Below are positions 12,421-26,835 of a DNA stretch of 64,000 bases, piece by piece. A program made the position numbers and the translations under genes. The stretch spans positions 18,166,001 through 18,230,000 of the forward strand of contig NC_043008.1 of NCBI RefSeq assembly GCF_006345805.1, in the 5' to 3' direction. The notes beneath the pieces are model-generated. The model made no database searches. It had not been told where the DNA came from and saw nothing but the letters and a program-made list of their open reading frames with translations. The DNA comes from Octopus sinensis (lineage: Eukaryota). Numbering within the stretch: the first letter of the stretch is position 1; every line of letters begins with the position of its first letter.

Positions 12421-14026
12421 TATTTTAAGAAGAAGAAGAAGAAGAAGATGATGATGATGATGATGAGGATATTCATAAGTCTTAATTTAATTGAAGATCA
12501 ACTCGCACCAAAACTTCTTTTGTATAAGAGCAACTCATACGAAATTATCGGATCTTACCATTAAAATGCATTTATTTCCCTTGTTAATTTTATTTAATAT
12601 ATTTCTCGGTGGAGTGATCGATATGCAGATAGTATGTTCCTATTTGACTAATAGAGGCAACTACATTTGGGTACTCAATACACGTGAAACTCTTTCTATG
12701 GGAAAAATAGAGAGCAACTGCCTCAATTTTACCAATGGGAGGAAATATTGTTTGCGACATGTTTCGTTAATAATGTTATGTACTAATTCGAAAGTCGTAT
12801 TAAGAGCAATCAACTGAATAATTAGTTGATGACGTTGAAATTGAAACTATTCTGTTTTGGGTGATTCTGCAGAGCATTCGGAAACGTATATTTATGGAAA
12901 TAAATCTTACATAAATGTTGTGCAAGTTATCGAAACACAATGGTTTGTCTTGTACTACTGGCTGTGCGTTGCATTTGCTTCAATCTCAGCTCAGCTTATA
13001 TATTCACCATTCTTGCATCAAATCAATGTTAATTGTCCTTTCATCGTGTTTCAATTTGTAATACGCCTATACCGCAGGGATATAACCTCTTTAATTAGCT
13101 ACTTCAATCAATACCTCGCGCTATACACCTATGGAGATTTATAATATTGCAAAATTATTCTTCCAAGTCTTTAACGGACAAGGCATCTTTTCAAGGAAAG
13201 AAATCAAAAGATAACATGCATGCATCTATTAATCTTCACCTCTGCAACGTATTTCTTTCAGATTTTGAGAATTCTCTCTCTCTTAGAATAAGTGGAATAT
13301 CTTATTATTGGACGTCGTTGTGAGACTTAATTTAATATCTAGTCTCCCATTGTGTCGATATGTGAAGGATCGAAACGTAATTATATTCTTCAGGAATAAC
13401 AACCTATTCATTTCTGAGAATGACACTCAGACACTTGCTGTTGGGGAATGTTATAGCGAAATAAAATGATCGGTGTATATTATTGTTATATAATATTGGA
13501 ATAAAGCTATATACTTTAGAGAAAGGGAAAGTCGGCTTCATTGGGTTAAATAGCTGATTCATAGGTAGCACCCCAGTATAAAGATTTTTTTTTTCTCAAC
13601 CAGAATGTTCCGTTATTGAATATCCCACGAATTGTTGACCGTTTCGCAGTCTACCATCTATGGACCCTTATTTTATATTTATTGACAAGCAGGTATAATC
13701 GATTATTTCGATCTCCAATAATTAATTGGTAGGTAATATATCACCCCAAACAAGTGATGAAACAAACAGAAGCTGGTTGTTGCGAGATGCATAATGGAAG
13801 AAATAAACGGGACGAAATAAATGGGCACAAATAAAAATGGTCGGGCATTGGTACGATACATAATCGTTCATACCAATCAATCACAGTAGACTAATGAATT
13901 ATTAATGATTGATATAAGGCAAGAAGTGGCTGACCATACTTAGTATGATATTCTGTTGGAAATATTGAAATGAAGAAATAAACACATCTGATCGGAAAGT
14001 ATTGAAGAATCGCTGACTTGACTGTT

Positions 14027-14057
<31 letters not shown>

Positions 14058-14132
14058 TACACTCATACGTTACACATACATACACAAACATATGTCTATG
14101 TGTACATGTATGAACATCTATATATATATATC

Positions 14133-14173
<41 letters not shown>

Positions 14174-14444
14174 ATGTATATGGAGAAGACTTGTATACCC
14201 ACACAGGAAAGAGCATAGGAGTATAGGGAAATTTGTTTTGTTATTTCAAAAGGTACCTGAATCCGAAAACTTCTAGTCCTTTTTGAACTTTATCATAGAT
14301 TTATTGAAAAGTCTCTGTCAATAGCATTTTCCTTATAAATTATACATGTATATATGGATTAATAATTATAATAATAATAATAATAATAATAATAATGCTA
14401 ATAGAAATAATAATGATAATAACAACAACAACAATAAAAACGTT

Positions 14445-14595
14445 GGCAAAAAATACCTTACGAATGAGAACCCTGGTTGGGTTCAAAATTCTACCAGGAC
14501 ACCTGAGGAAGGCTGGAGAGTAAATCAGCCGAAACGTTGTAGTAACAACAAACAAGATGAGAACACATATCCCTCTAATGTAAATAATGTAATAG
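14445..14595 (+). mobile_element. Penelope-like element pseudo-LTR fragment next to an (AAT)n/(AAC)n tract
   Basis: Contains a hammerhead motif and ends in a taatgtaaataatgtaat tail. The family assignment rests on the known association of PLEs with minimal hammerheads. Confidence 0.6.
14498..14543 (+). ncRNA. Minimal type I hammerhead ribozyme motif
   Basis: gacac-CTGAGGA-a-ggctg-gagagtaaat-cagcc-GAAAC-GTT-gtagt: canonical core, 5-bp stem II, palindromic AACGTT stem III. Stem I needs a one-base bulge. Confidence 0.7.
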
Positions 14596-14624
14596 TTTAA
14601 ATATTTCTTTAAAAAAAGTACTGG

Positions 14625-14708
14625 GATCGATTCATGCGGTTAAGAAACAATTTTGAAGGCGGTGCACCATCATGGGCACAGTCTAATGACTGAAATAAGT
14701 AAAAGAGA
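14625..14708 (+). mobile_element. SINE family B 3' tail fragment
   Basis: gaaggcggtgcaccatcatgggcacagtctaatgactgaaataagtaaaagaga. Confidence 0.7.
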
Positions 14709-14949
14709 CATGATAAAAAGATAAATTGGACAGCTTGTGAAAACGTATACTCTTGTGCTATTCTATACCAAATATATTTCACTTCAAATGAATGAGAAAA
14801 CAAAGAGAACTAGAGCGAAACTGCAATAGTAACTAATTGTACCAGAAGATCAATAGTAACTAATAAATATAAAGACTCACACGCACACACATCTATGCAC
14901 ACATACACCCATAATTAATAATACATACGCAGACATACACATACAATTA

Positions 14950-14980
14950 TATATACACATATATATTTATCAATATGCAT

Positions 14981-15073
<93 letters not shown>

Positions 15074-15480
15074 TACACATATATATATATATGTATCTAT
15101 ACAGGTACCTGTATGTGTATATATATATATATATATATACAAAATACGCAAGCGTAATCACCCAAATAAATTCTTTCACAAAATGTAACGTAAGCATACT
15201 TACTTTGCAAAGATTTACACAGATAATTCGATAAGGTAAAAATAAAAAAAATAACGATTAATAATAGCAATGAAAAGATAATAATAACAGCATTAATTTT
15301 TATCTCATTAATATGATGGGAAGTGAAATCCGTCAAATAGTTATTAAAAAAAATATTATTACAAAATTTTTGTAGCAGAAAATTTCAAAAAGTATGCTTA
15401 CACATTTCGAAACTTACGTATGTGTGTGTATATATGTATACATATATGTACATATATATATATATATATATATGTATATG

Positions 15481-15518
<38 letters not shown>

Positions 15519-15519
15519 G

Positions 15520-15563
<44 letters not shown>

Positions 15564-15564
15564 G

Positions 15565-15604
<40 letters not shown>

Positions 15605-16041
15605 ATATATATATATATACATACACCTGTATATTGTTTATACGTAGATATGTATTTATCTACATATTTATAGTCTATGTGTATGGATGTATATAAATAT
15701 ATATTATATATACATACATATATGCCTATATATACACACATATATACATGCATACAAATATGTATATATAAACACAACATATATATATATGTATGAATAT
15801 ATATGTATATATGTATATATATATATATATATGTAATATATATATGTATATATATATATATATGTATATATATATGTATATATATATGTATATATATATG
15901 TATATATATTGTATATAATATATGTATATATATATTGTAATATATATATAGTATCTATATATATATGTATATATATATACTAGTATATATATATATGTAT
16001 ATATATATTATATGTATATATATTATATCTAATCATTATAG

Positions 16042-16076
<35 letters not shown>

Positions 16077-16150
16077 CAGTATTCCATATATATATATATA
16101 TAATATGTATTACATGTATTCCAATATATATACATATATGTATACAATAT

Positions 16151-16228
<78 letters not shown>
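14950..16228. repeat. Cluster of (TA)n microsatellites (about 14950-15140, 15420-16228)
   Basis: Direct reading. Confidence 0.9.
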
Positions 16229-16230
<2 letters not shown>

Positions 16231-16892
16231 GCATGTTTCTTCCATTTTTCGAACCGATAAAGATAATAATGACGCGCTGCAGAAATATTACTTACGCATT
16301 GAATTTTGTCATTTATAGTCAATGCATTCTAATTTAATTCTACGAAAGAAGTTTGAAAGAGATTTAAACAAGACATTTATTGGAAGGTTCTTATCCATTT
16401 TTCTATTTTTGATTTTCAGTTTTCTCATCAGAAGTGGAAAGATCTAAATTTATCACACCTCAGTATATTAATTCTTTCTTTTCATTTCCATTTCTCTTCG
16501 TTGTTATACTGTATATGGGACCTTTTTTTTTCATCAGTTCCAGTAGCGCATAATAGGAATTCTCTACAAACCAGCTTTCTATACTCTCTCTACATCGTTT
16601 TCAATATATAGAGAAAGGGAAGCTAAATGATAACGTATGCCCACTCGCTTGACGAAATGTTAAAAAAAGCGAGCGAGAGAGGGATTGAGAGAGTAAGATA
16701 GACGGTTTGGTACACTTAATTTGTCAAGTATTTTACTTATCGTTATCATAAGGAAAGGTAGCACAGCTTAAATCAGCGTTCTTTGAATGCAGAGCACGCA
16801 CAATAGCCCTCCAGCTATTCTATTTGACGCTATAAATGACGGCAATTGATGCATTCATTCCAGCGGCCATAATCATAATATTCATAAAAAAT

Positions 16893-17012
16893 AATAATCC
16901 TTTCTACTGTAGGCACCATACCTACATTTCTGTGGGAGAGGGGTAAAATCGATCACATCAACCTGTACTTAATTTACCGATCCCGAAAGGAAAAAAGGCA
17001 AAGTCGACCTTG
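16893..17012 (-). mobile_element. SINE family A, 3' half
   Basis: gtacttaatttaccgatcccgaaaggaaaaaaggcaaagtcgacctt is the reverse complement of the family A core. Confidence 0.75.
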
Positions 17013-17580
17013 TCCGTAAATATCTTCTTTTTCTTTAATTTTCAGAGATATTTATATCTGCGGGGCAACTAACCTCTATGATGTCTCATGTTTTTGCCCC
17101 TTGTCCCAAATAACAATATCCAGCCTGTTATGCTTACATTTGACAGAAGTTTTGATAGGAACATTACACCAGTATTCCTTGTGCTGGTCTTTATGAATGT
17201 ATTCCATAACTGAGGGACTTTCTAAGTTTATTTAGGACATTCTTATTTGCGGATGTTATTGTAAATTGTTTGAGCAACAACATCGTCCTGCATAGGGAGG
17301 TAGTACCGTGATGACGTTTTAGGACAGCTGCTAATCACATGCGTAATGTCTTCCACAGAAACCTGACATAGCCTACACATGTTGTTACACCTTGAGATTG
17401 CATGAACGTCACTATCTCTCTTGTCCACCAGGTACTTTGTGGAAATCTTCTGTTCCTGGATTGCAAACGCATAGCCTTCAGAGTGTCATGTGATGTAGTG
17501 TTATTCTATCCAAGAGAGGCTGCGCTTCGTGTCAATTCTACTGTCTTCTTCAAGCTTCCGGGCAACATATCCAAGCATGG
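17013..17580 (-). pseudogene. R4/Dong-like (restriction-like endonuclease) non-LTR retrotransposon, C-terminal fragment
   Basis: Translation MLGY..IDTKRSLSW..EGYAFAIQEQKISTKY, CCHC knuckle CRLCQVSVEDITHVISSCP, then KHNRLDIVIWD..IIEVSCPAD..KIKEKEDIY (PD-(D/E)xK-type REL). Contains stops and frameshifts. Confidence 0.8.
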
Positions 17581-19915
17581 TAACTTCTCGACTGGTGGCT
17601 TTCTTTCACAAGTGGAACAATTGTAAAGTTACCAACATGCGTCACTGGCAGATTTACAGCGCACATTTGCACAAGTCTCAATCTCATCTTGTACATGGAT
17701 ACCATTTCCATCATTGCCTTTGATTATGAATGTGACAATATCTGAAATTTTAGTGATGTATTTGTACAGATACTTCACTGGATGAACACTATAAACAACC
17801 CCACAGTTGATGTGGCACTAATATCTTGGAGAAACAAAGGGTTGTAAGAAACCATCAAACGATTGTCAACTCTAAATTTGTGATCTCTAATATTTATCTT
17901 ATGGAAGTAACCACCATTCTTCAAGCTTCTCCTTCTATAAAAAGGAAAGGGATTTTCAGCCACAAATGTTGCCTGTTGAAATAATTTGGGATAACCTTTT
18001 GAGCAATGGCGATTTGCTCCCATAACTTCCATGCATGAAGAAATCATATTAGCCTTATCACGTGGACCATGAATATTGCAGGATGTCGTGATTATGCAGT
18101 TTTGGGTTGCTCTCTTTATCAGGGATCTCACAACACACTACTTGATCAATAGCATCTACCATCTTTGGTTTGCAGTCATCAACCATTATCAGCAGAATGT
18201 GAGCGTGAGTGAGGCCTCGTTCTGCTATTCAATGGTAGCAGCGGGAGCAACGACTTTACCGAGTACATTATACTTGAATAGGTCATCACGAGACTGTCAT
18301 ATTTTATCTTGAAAATACTTGCACAAATATCTGGACTGTCTTTAAATACCCAAGCATGATTCGGGCTATTTATTTTTTCATCTGAGCATTCGTTGTAATT
18401 CTGTCGAACTACATGTGCCGAACCACAGTCATTGAATTCTGGAAGCACTCATTGTAAAAGCGAGAACCATAGGCTGCAGAAGGAAGAACAACTCGTCTAC
18501 TTGAATTAATTGCATCATTTTCTTTACTTACTGCATCATACAGACGACCCTGATATTTTTCTGCTTGTATAATGGATTGATTATTTTTGGCCCTAGTCAA
18601 ACGACAGTTCTCCATTTTAGCCTAAGCATCTACAGTAAATTGTTGCATTAGTCACCAGCTTTTCATCACAGTGTTGAAGTCAACTTCCCTCACCTGAAAA
18701 CGATAACATTGGAAGACAATGACAGAATGTTTGCGATTGTCTCCCCCTTTCACACTTCTCTAATCCACCCTCTTTTCGGAGACATAGCAGTACATTATGC
18801 AGAGGATCATATGATCAATGCAACAGTTGGATTCTTTGTAGACTGCCATCTCTTTTGTGAACAATAACATCCAAGTGGCCAGTACCTTCCCTCGGCAAAA
18901 TAGCAGCAATTTCTGAATCCAATGGAAAATTGAAAGTTCGACAATGTGAATTAGAGGCGTTGTTATTCTTATCAACGTGTAGAACAGCTTTAAAGCTTCA
19001 GTTTGTATAGCTGCTCTAAAACTATGCATCCTTCATTGCTTTCAGAATCGCACTGTTCACTTTTCTGTGCCACAAACGATTCTCGAGTTTGTTATACGTA
19101 TGATAGAAGTAGATTTCAGCAAATTTTGGATTGTTGTCCATTGGGAATAAGCGATCATGTGATAAACGTTTCCCTGCACCTTAAATCTTGGGCTAAATCC
19201 TGGAGCTTTGGTTTTCCTGCAAACTAGTAGACCAAATGATAGTGCCTTATGAAATGGACTTATATTTTGCAGGAAACTATTTCTTGTTTGTGAAACATTG
19301 ATATTGTGTGGAGGGGGAAGCAATTTGTCAAGCTTTACATTCACCTCAAAACAACACAAAGATTTCAATTCAGCAATACATCTTTGAGATTTGCAGTATG
19401 AACGAACATTGTCAAAGGGACTCCCTGAATTTTGTTGTTGTACACTAGACAAAACATCCTGTTCTTGAATTTTATCGAAACTGGCTTTCATTGCTAATCC
19501 TTTAACAATATTGTTCCTACTTTGAAAATCTTGTTGTCTGTAATTCTGCTGTAAATATTGGGTTTCCTCTCTCATCACTGTGTTTGCTGGCACTGGTTTT
19601 TCTGTTTGTATCTCACTGATGTTTGACAGGCTTCCCATTTGATACCGATCATCAATAGACAATTGAGCAGCCACAGGCAGTGAAATCTGACTCAATGTCT
19701 TTTTTAAAGTAGAAATTCTCCTCTGCAGGTACCCTAACCAGGCAGTCATATATAGCAGAAATAAAATCGTGTCTACGTTTCTGTGAATATACAGTCATCT
19801 GTTTCAGTTGCTTTGCTATGGTTTCATCTGATTCAGTTGCCCGTTTTTCTCTTTGCCGTTGTATCTTTCCTGTTAAATGTTCTTTTTCAATCGCATATTT
19901 TCTTGGACGTCCCAT
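17580..19915 (-). pseudogene. Helitron Rep/helicase protein, N-terminal and Rep (HUH) domains, decayed; helicase absent
   Basis: MGRPRK start; LCC..VKL..L.PP..FLQNI..F..FKVQGNVYH; QQFTVDA*AKMENCRL..AEKYQG..VLPS..GSRFY; HGP..SCM..CSKGYPK.F..FYRRR..VDN..VSYNP; CHIN..VKYLYKYITK; DEI..SASDACW. Multiple frameshifts. Confidence 0.9.
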
Positions 19916-20612
19916 GTTGAATTGGGAGCGATCACATGGTTATTATTATAAGGCTTATAGCAGCCATACCAATAAAATCAGTATTTCATTAAAAAAGAAA
20001 ATTTTACCGGTATATTAAAAAATTTCCATTTCATAAAAAATAATCATTTAACAAATTTCGGAAACTGATAATATTATTGAAATGGTATCTCGTATCAAAG
20101 TTATACAGCTATTTTGTCTAATGGCATGCATTCCTTCAACACACAAGCACTTAAAAGTTATACTGGTATATTAAAAATTTCTATTTTCCTCAAAAATATT
20201 CATTTAACAAACTCCAGAAACTGATAACTTTCTTGAAATGTTGCCACGTATCAAAGTTATTCGGCTATTATTAAATTATCATTAATGTAAATAGTGGCGA
20301 TAGAGAGTGAGAGACCGTCGCAAAAGAAAACGGAAAATGTCGCCAGCAGCGAATTAATATTCTTTATTATTGAATGCAGTGAATATTTAAATTTGTGAAG
20401 AACTGAACTCAGTGAATGCATTGAATATTTTATTTTGCGAAAAATTGGAGTTCAAAAATTCAATAAACTTCAGAAATCGAAATTACTTGTTGGAATATGA
20501 ATTTATAGAAATATTCCCAGACGATCAAGCCTTTAATAGTTGCTTTCCTTTAGTACCATTATAAACTGCTTCATACCTAATTAACAAGCAGCTCTCTCCA
20601 TTATACTATAGA
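17580..20612 (-). mobile_element. Autonomous-type Helitron, 5' portion
   Basis: Rep pseudogene plus a putative 5' terminus A|TCTATAGTATAATGG at 20612 (minus strand). A 156-bp-period duplication lies in the 5' UTR (20005-20113 / 20161-20269). Confidence 0.75.
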
Positions 20613-22144
20613 TATATCTATGTATCATTTAATTTTTATATAACTTTTGTTTCAAACAACTCATTTTTCAGCTTTTACCAGTGTTTCGTAATTATTTTTC
20701 TCCGACTTCTTTTCTCGCCCAGTCATGGAATAAGCATATACACATATTCCCATGATATAATGACCTGATGCAGCACAGTAACACCCATTACAATTTCTTA
20801 TCTTTTGGCCACATTTCGCTTACTTTCTCTTTTTTATTTTACCATTTCCCTATTTCTAGTTAACAACGCCTCACATTCATAATCCTGTGCATGTATTTCT
20901 ATCACACCATCCACATTCTTAACTTCTTGCCTTTCAAATTACCTCACCATTGTGCTCGCTCCTTCTTCCTCACATCCACAATTTCCCCACGTGCACTTAA
21001 CACTTATGTATACCTACTAAGTTCTACTTCTCAGAAACCCACTAATGTACTATACCGCCACACTTGCTCATACGCATACGAGTATTCCTAAATACAGGTT
21101 TCTCTAAATACACAAACCTCACTCCAATTATATGCATATATCCGAACACGGATACACCCATATGCGTATACATACCCAACCAAGCCTTCCTCTGTTCACT
21201 CCATCATAGAACCACTTGCTCTGTATTCTTCGACTGACAACTCCTCTTTCTCAATCCTCGTATACTTTTTTCTTTCTTACGATGAATGACTTACGTCCGA
21301 ACCCTTAGGGGTCTTTCTCATTCTTTAAGACATTAAACTAATACAATATATATTAAATTGTTATCTGATATCTCATTTTTATTTGTCCTTTGTATTACTG
21401 TCCATTGCATATACAATACATAAACACACAAATGCATAAGGTTTAAGAAATGTTGAGTGAATAAAAGGAGATAAATACACAGCTGCTAATAAATATTAAT
21501 GGCTGAGTTGTTAGGCAGACGTGAGTATAGGTAAATAAACATATATTCACACAAAAGGATTTATAAATATTTTTTTGTGTTATATAAAATAACCACCTAA
21601 TAGTATTTATAGAAACAAAACAAGTAAAAAATATTTTTCGTGTGATTTTGTTAGTGAAACTGCACGTGCATTGAGATATACACATGAATATACTTCTTTG
21701 ATAATAGTTGCAGTTATATGTGAGATTACGTATTTGTGCTGTTCAAATATCATCTGAAATGCATTTTGAATATGATTAGAATTGATGCAAAAACGAGGAA
21801 AACCCGTATTGGATAACCATACCAACAAGCATCACTACATCATCACCGTATCAGACATTTTTGAAGACAAATACATAAGAGTCGAATGAAGATGTAAAAA
21901 ACGCAGAACATAACAACAACACTTTCCACCATTTCTTTCTTGCGATCTGTATCTCGTCTATTTTACGCACGGTTTTGTCTTCTCAGTTATGAATGCCTTC
22001 AACATGGAGTAACCCAAAAAATAAAGAGAAAAATGTAATTGTCAGGGACAAGAATCAACTGTCGATGGTGCATGCACATTTCACGCTATTCGTACTTATA
22101 CATGTGTGTGTGTAACGAGTATTACCATGTTGGAATTTTTTATG

Positions 22145-22175
<31 letters not shown>

Positions 22176-22203
22176 CCACACACACACACACATATTATAT
22201 ATA

Positions 22204-22264
<61 letters not shown>

Positions 22265-22303
22265 CTGACTATTGGGTATGAACATTATATACAATGTGGT
22301 ATG

Positions 22304-22337
<34 letters not shown>

Positions 22338-22338
<1 letters not shown>

Positions 22339-22715
22339 TTGCAGTATAGCCCAGCGTTGCTCGGGCTTGTTTTCTTTTCGACCCTTTAGGATTGGAATTT
22401 TTGAAAAGTATAAGTTATGCATTATGTAGCTTGTTATTCTCTTTAAGCGAAAATTTTTCTGGTTGAAATACACCGAAAAATGGTGACATGGCAGTAGAAA
22501 AATTCTAAAAAATAGGGATTTTCCTAGAAAAAAAGCACCTTTTTAATGTAAATAATTATTGGTGTTAACATGGTTCGATTTGAACTTTTTCTTCTACGAA
22601 AGGAAGAGCAAGCCTTCTAACATACTCTCAATTTTGGTCAACTTGTGCCGCAGGATCTCGGAGGAGATAGTGTTAGTTGAAGGCTACCAAACCTGTCATA
22701 CACAGATAATTTCAG

Positions 22716-22752
<37 letters not shown>
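22338..22752 (-). mobile_element. Non-autonomous Helitron
   Basis: Minus strand: 5' TC-(TA)n-aaagctgaaatt...; 3' gcccgagcaacgctgggc hairpin plus tatactgCAAG|T (CTAG variant). The 3' end matches 28461-28973. Confidence 0.75.
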
Positions 22753-22762
<10 letters not shown>

Positions 22763-23469
22763 AACACACATGGTGTACGGTTCCGTAAGATCAGCAATGT
22801 ACTCCATATGGTGATAGATAAGTATTATATAACAAAGGCAATATATGTTTTTATGTGCTACTGGTTTCATGTGCTAGGAACACGCCAGGAAGTATTTTTT
22901 AAGGCGTCAGGTGTTCTAGCACAATCATCAGGCACTGTCCACGCGTCATAAGAAACTAAAAGTGGGATGATAGGATGAGTGAAAAAGCCAGAAAAATGAG
23001 AAAGACGTAGATATAAAAGGTGGAAGGTCGAAAATCGGAAAACGAAAACGGAAATAGTAAGAAGCAAGACGGATATACCTTGGCTGGAACACCTTTCGGC
23101 GTAATCGACGTAGTACCAAAATATATATGAACCACACACAAGCACACACAAACACACATACACACAGACACACACACGCAGATATACTTCATTGCATTAC
23201 GTTTTCATATTTTTAATTGGATTATCCACGTAATTATAAATTACTCATAAATAGTTCATATAATAAATGTCTCATATATTGTATAATGGTTACTTACTTT
23301 ATCGGCGAGATACACAAACGTCTAACTATTGACAAAGAACAGTCTCAGTACTCCAATAAATATTTACCCGCTACGTCTGTATCGAATATATTTTTGTTCA
23401 TTTATGAAGTTCAATATACAGATATACATACATACACACCCACCCAGCACCACCCACACATACCCATTG

Positions 23470-23656
23470 AGATATATATATATGCATGAAATTATGCATA
23501 TATATATTTATATATACATACACATATATATACATATATGCAAATATACGTATATATGTGAATACATAAATATACAGATAGATATGCATATATATATATG
23601 TAGATATATATTTACATATATCTATATGTATATGAATATATATACATATGTATATG

Positions 23657-23694
<38 letters not shown>

Positions 23695-23836
23695 ACACAT
23701 TTACATTTATAAAAATATACATATTATATATATTAATATATATATATATATACACATTTACATTTATAAAATATCATATATATATATCTATATATATATA
23801 TATATATGATAGAGATATGTACGTATATATACATAC

Positions 23837-23876
<40 letters not shown>

Positions 23877-24554
23877 TATGTGTGTGTTTGTATATGTATA
23901 TACATGTATATTCATGTGCAAATACGTTCACACGCACAGACACAGGCATACACACTCGTAACGAGGAGGGATAAAATTCAGTTATGCATATAATGAGAGA
24001 TTCTTATCTCCGTCGGCTCCTTTAACTAAAGTTCTGCGAGGCATTATAAATGCATATGTTTCACCATAATGATGAGAAGCAAAGGAAATTTTGGTAAGCA
24101 GCCAATTCAGGATTTACATCCAGGCTTTGTGTTCAGCGAAAGATGTCTAAATTTTGCTGACAGGAAGCCAATAATCATATATGTGTAGCGCTCTCTATCG
24201 AACCATCAATTGATCAATCGATCGATCAATATATCGATAAATAATCATATATTTATAAAAATACTGATAGGATGATAGATAGGTTGTCACATGTGTATGG
24301 GGAGAGACAGATATATATATATAATATATATAATATATATATATATTATATATATATATTTGTGTGTGTGTGTGTGTGCGTGTGTGTTTGTATGTATGTA
24401 TACATGTATATTTCTGTATAAAGATATAATATATATGTGTGTGTACACATATTCGCTTATGCATAGGCGCATATACATATATGTGTGTATGTATGAGTAT
24501 ATGATATCTGTGTATGTGTGAGTGTCTGTTAGAGCTAGAGTGTAAGAGAATCAT

Positions 24555-24589
<35 letters not shown>

Positions 24590-24899
24590 AGAGACAGACA
24601 GACAGACAGATAGACAGACAGACACATATATATATATATATATATAGATACATAGATAGATATATAGATAGACAGACTGACTGACATATAGATAGATAGA
24701 GAGATAGATAGACAGACAGACTGACATAGATAGATAGATAGATAGATAGATAGAGAGGAATGTACACAGACGGAGAGGCTAAAAGTTATCTTCACAAAGT
24801 GGCAAAGAGGTATCTAGTCTATAGCAGATACTAATATACATATAAATTTATACATGTTCATATATAAATGTACAAGCCACACACACTCATACACCCACA

Positions 24900-24938
<39 letters not shown>

Positions 24939-25000
24939 CACACACACACACACACACACACACACTCAATACACGCAGGCATATGTATATGTAGGTACAT
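23470..25000. repeat. Compound microsatellite region: (TA)n, (TG)n, (GA)n, (GACA)n, (GATA)n, (CA)n, with short unique spacers
   Basis: Direct reading. Confidence 0.85.
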
Positions 25001-25518
25001 ATCGAAAAGATAAAGAAAGACAGGATGGATTGAATGGACTAAAGATGTGAATTTAGAGATATCCATTGATATCACTTCAATAAGAATATTCCCAAAGCTG
25101 AAGGAAATTGAAGAAAAATAAATCGAGGAGGTTGAGAGCAAAGAGGTGGAAAAGAGTAAGAGATAAAAATAAATAGAAAAACATTGTATTGGAAACAGCT
25201 TTTTAGTGAAGGAAAGAAATTAGGTATCAGGTATATCTACGAGGTCTGTTATTTCTGCTTGATATCAAAATATAATGATTATCACACTTATGCACTCAAA
25301 TACGCAGCCATACGCCTACTCATTTAATATCTTAGGCGAAAGGAAAAGTAAATATGACGCTGTGTATAAAACATGTGTGTGTATGTATACTTACTCAGAT
25401 GTATATGTAGATGTGTGTCTGTATATATGTATAAATTTGTACGTACGTACACACGAAGACAATTTTATACACATATATTTGTCTGTCTATCAATCTACCT
25501 ATCTGTGAATATAAATAT

Positions 25519-25584
<66 letters not shown>

Positions 25585-25612
25585 ACACATATATATGTGT
25601 GTGTGTATATAT

Positions 25613-25996
25613 TGGCTGTGTGGTAGGTAGCTTGTTTACAAACCAAACGGTTCCGGGTTCAGTCCCACTGCGTGGCACCATGGAAAAGTGTCTTCTGCTA
25701 CAACCTCAGGCCGACCAAAGCCTTGTGAGTGGATTTGGTAGACGGAAACTGAAAGGAGCCTGTCGTATATATATGTATATACATGTTTGTGTGTGTGTCT
25801 GTTTGTCTGTGTTTCTCCCCCCCCAACATCGCTTGACAACCGATGCTGCTATGATTACGTCCCCGTTACTTAGCTGTTCGGCAAAGACCGATAGAATAAG
25901 TACTAGGCTTACAAAGAATACGTTCTGGGGTCGATTTGCTCGACTAAAATGCGGTGCTCCAGCATAGCCGCAGTCAAACAAGTAAACGAGTAAAGA

Positions 25997-25998
<2 letters not shown>
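25613..25998 (+). mobile_element. SINE family B, full length
   Basis: tggctgtgtggtaggtagcttg...gttccgggttcagtcccactgcgtggcacc...gatttggtagacggaaactgaaag...gcggtgctccagcatagccgcagtc...gtaaagagt. Confidence 0.9.
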
Positions 25999-26039
<41 letters not shown>

Positions 26040-26217
26040 TACATACATAAACATAGGTATATGAATAGATAGAGAGGTAGATAGATAGATACATACATGA
26101 ATACATACAAACATATATACACACATACATACATACATACATACATACATACATACGCACATACATACGCACATACATACGTACATACGTACATACATAC
26201 GTACATACATACATACG

Positions 26218-26250
<33 letters not shown>
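25999..26250. repeat. (TA)n/(GATA)n/(CATA)n microsatellites
   Basis: Direct reading. Confidence 0.9.
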
Positions 26251-26251
<1 letters not shown>

Positions 26252-26259
26252 ATGTATTA

Positions 26260-26416
26260 AGGAAGGGGTACTGAAAAGTTCCTGGCTTTGGGTAAAAGAA
26301 AATACAGATAGATGAATTATTGCTGCGGTCCTTCAGTTTCTCTAAGCCCTGTAAATGAACTCGGAATTTTAGGGTTCAACCTGGCCTGGCGCGATACCCT
26401 TTTCAGCACCCCATCG
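26260..26416. mobile_element. Mariner-derived MITE
   Basis: Imperfect TIRs gaaggggtactgaaaag / cttttcagcaccccatcg with TA flanks. Confidence 0.65.
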
Positions 26417-26719
26417 TATATATATGTATGTATTTATATATGTGTGTGGTGTGCATAAGCTGTGTGTGTAAGTGTGTATGTTCAAAAATGTTTTGTTGTA
26501 TAAAATGCAAGTGAATGTACACAGATTTCAGTGCGCATGTGCGGCTATATAAATCGTCAATATCTTAACGTACACAATTCTCAATCTAAATGCTTTTGAG
26601 CAACGTGCTCATAAACCCTATTTATAAGTGTGTACGCACGCAGACACGCTCGAGTGTGTGTTTCTTTTAGCTATGGCTGACAATGTTTTCTGAGAACTCA
26701 TACATACATATTAACATGC

Positions 26720-26799
26720 TTATATATGCATCATCTTATGTGTATGTACGTATGTCACATACATGTGTTTATTAATATATATATATATATATATGTATC

Positions 26800-26835
<36 letters not shown>

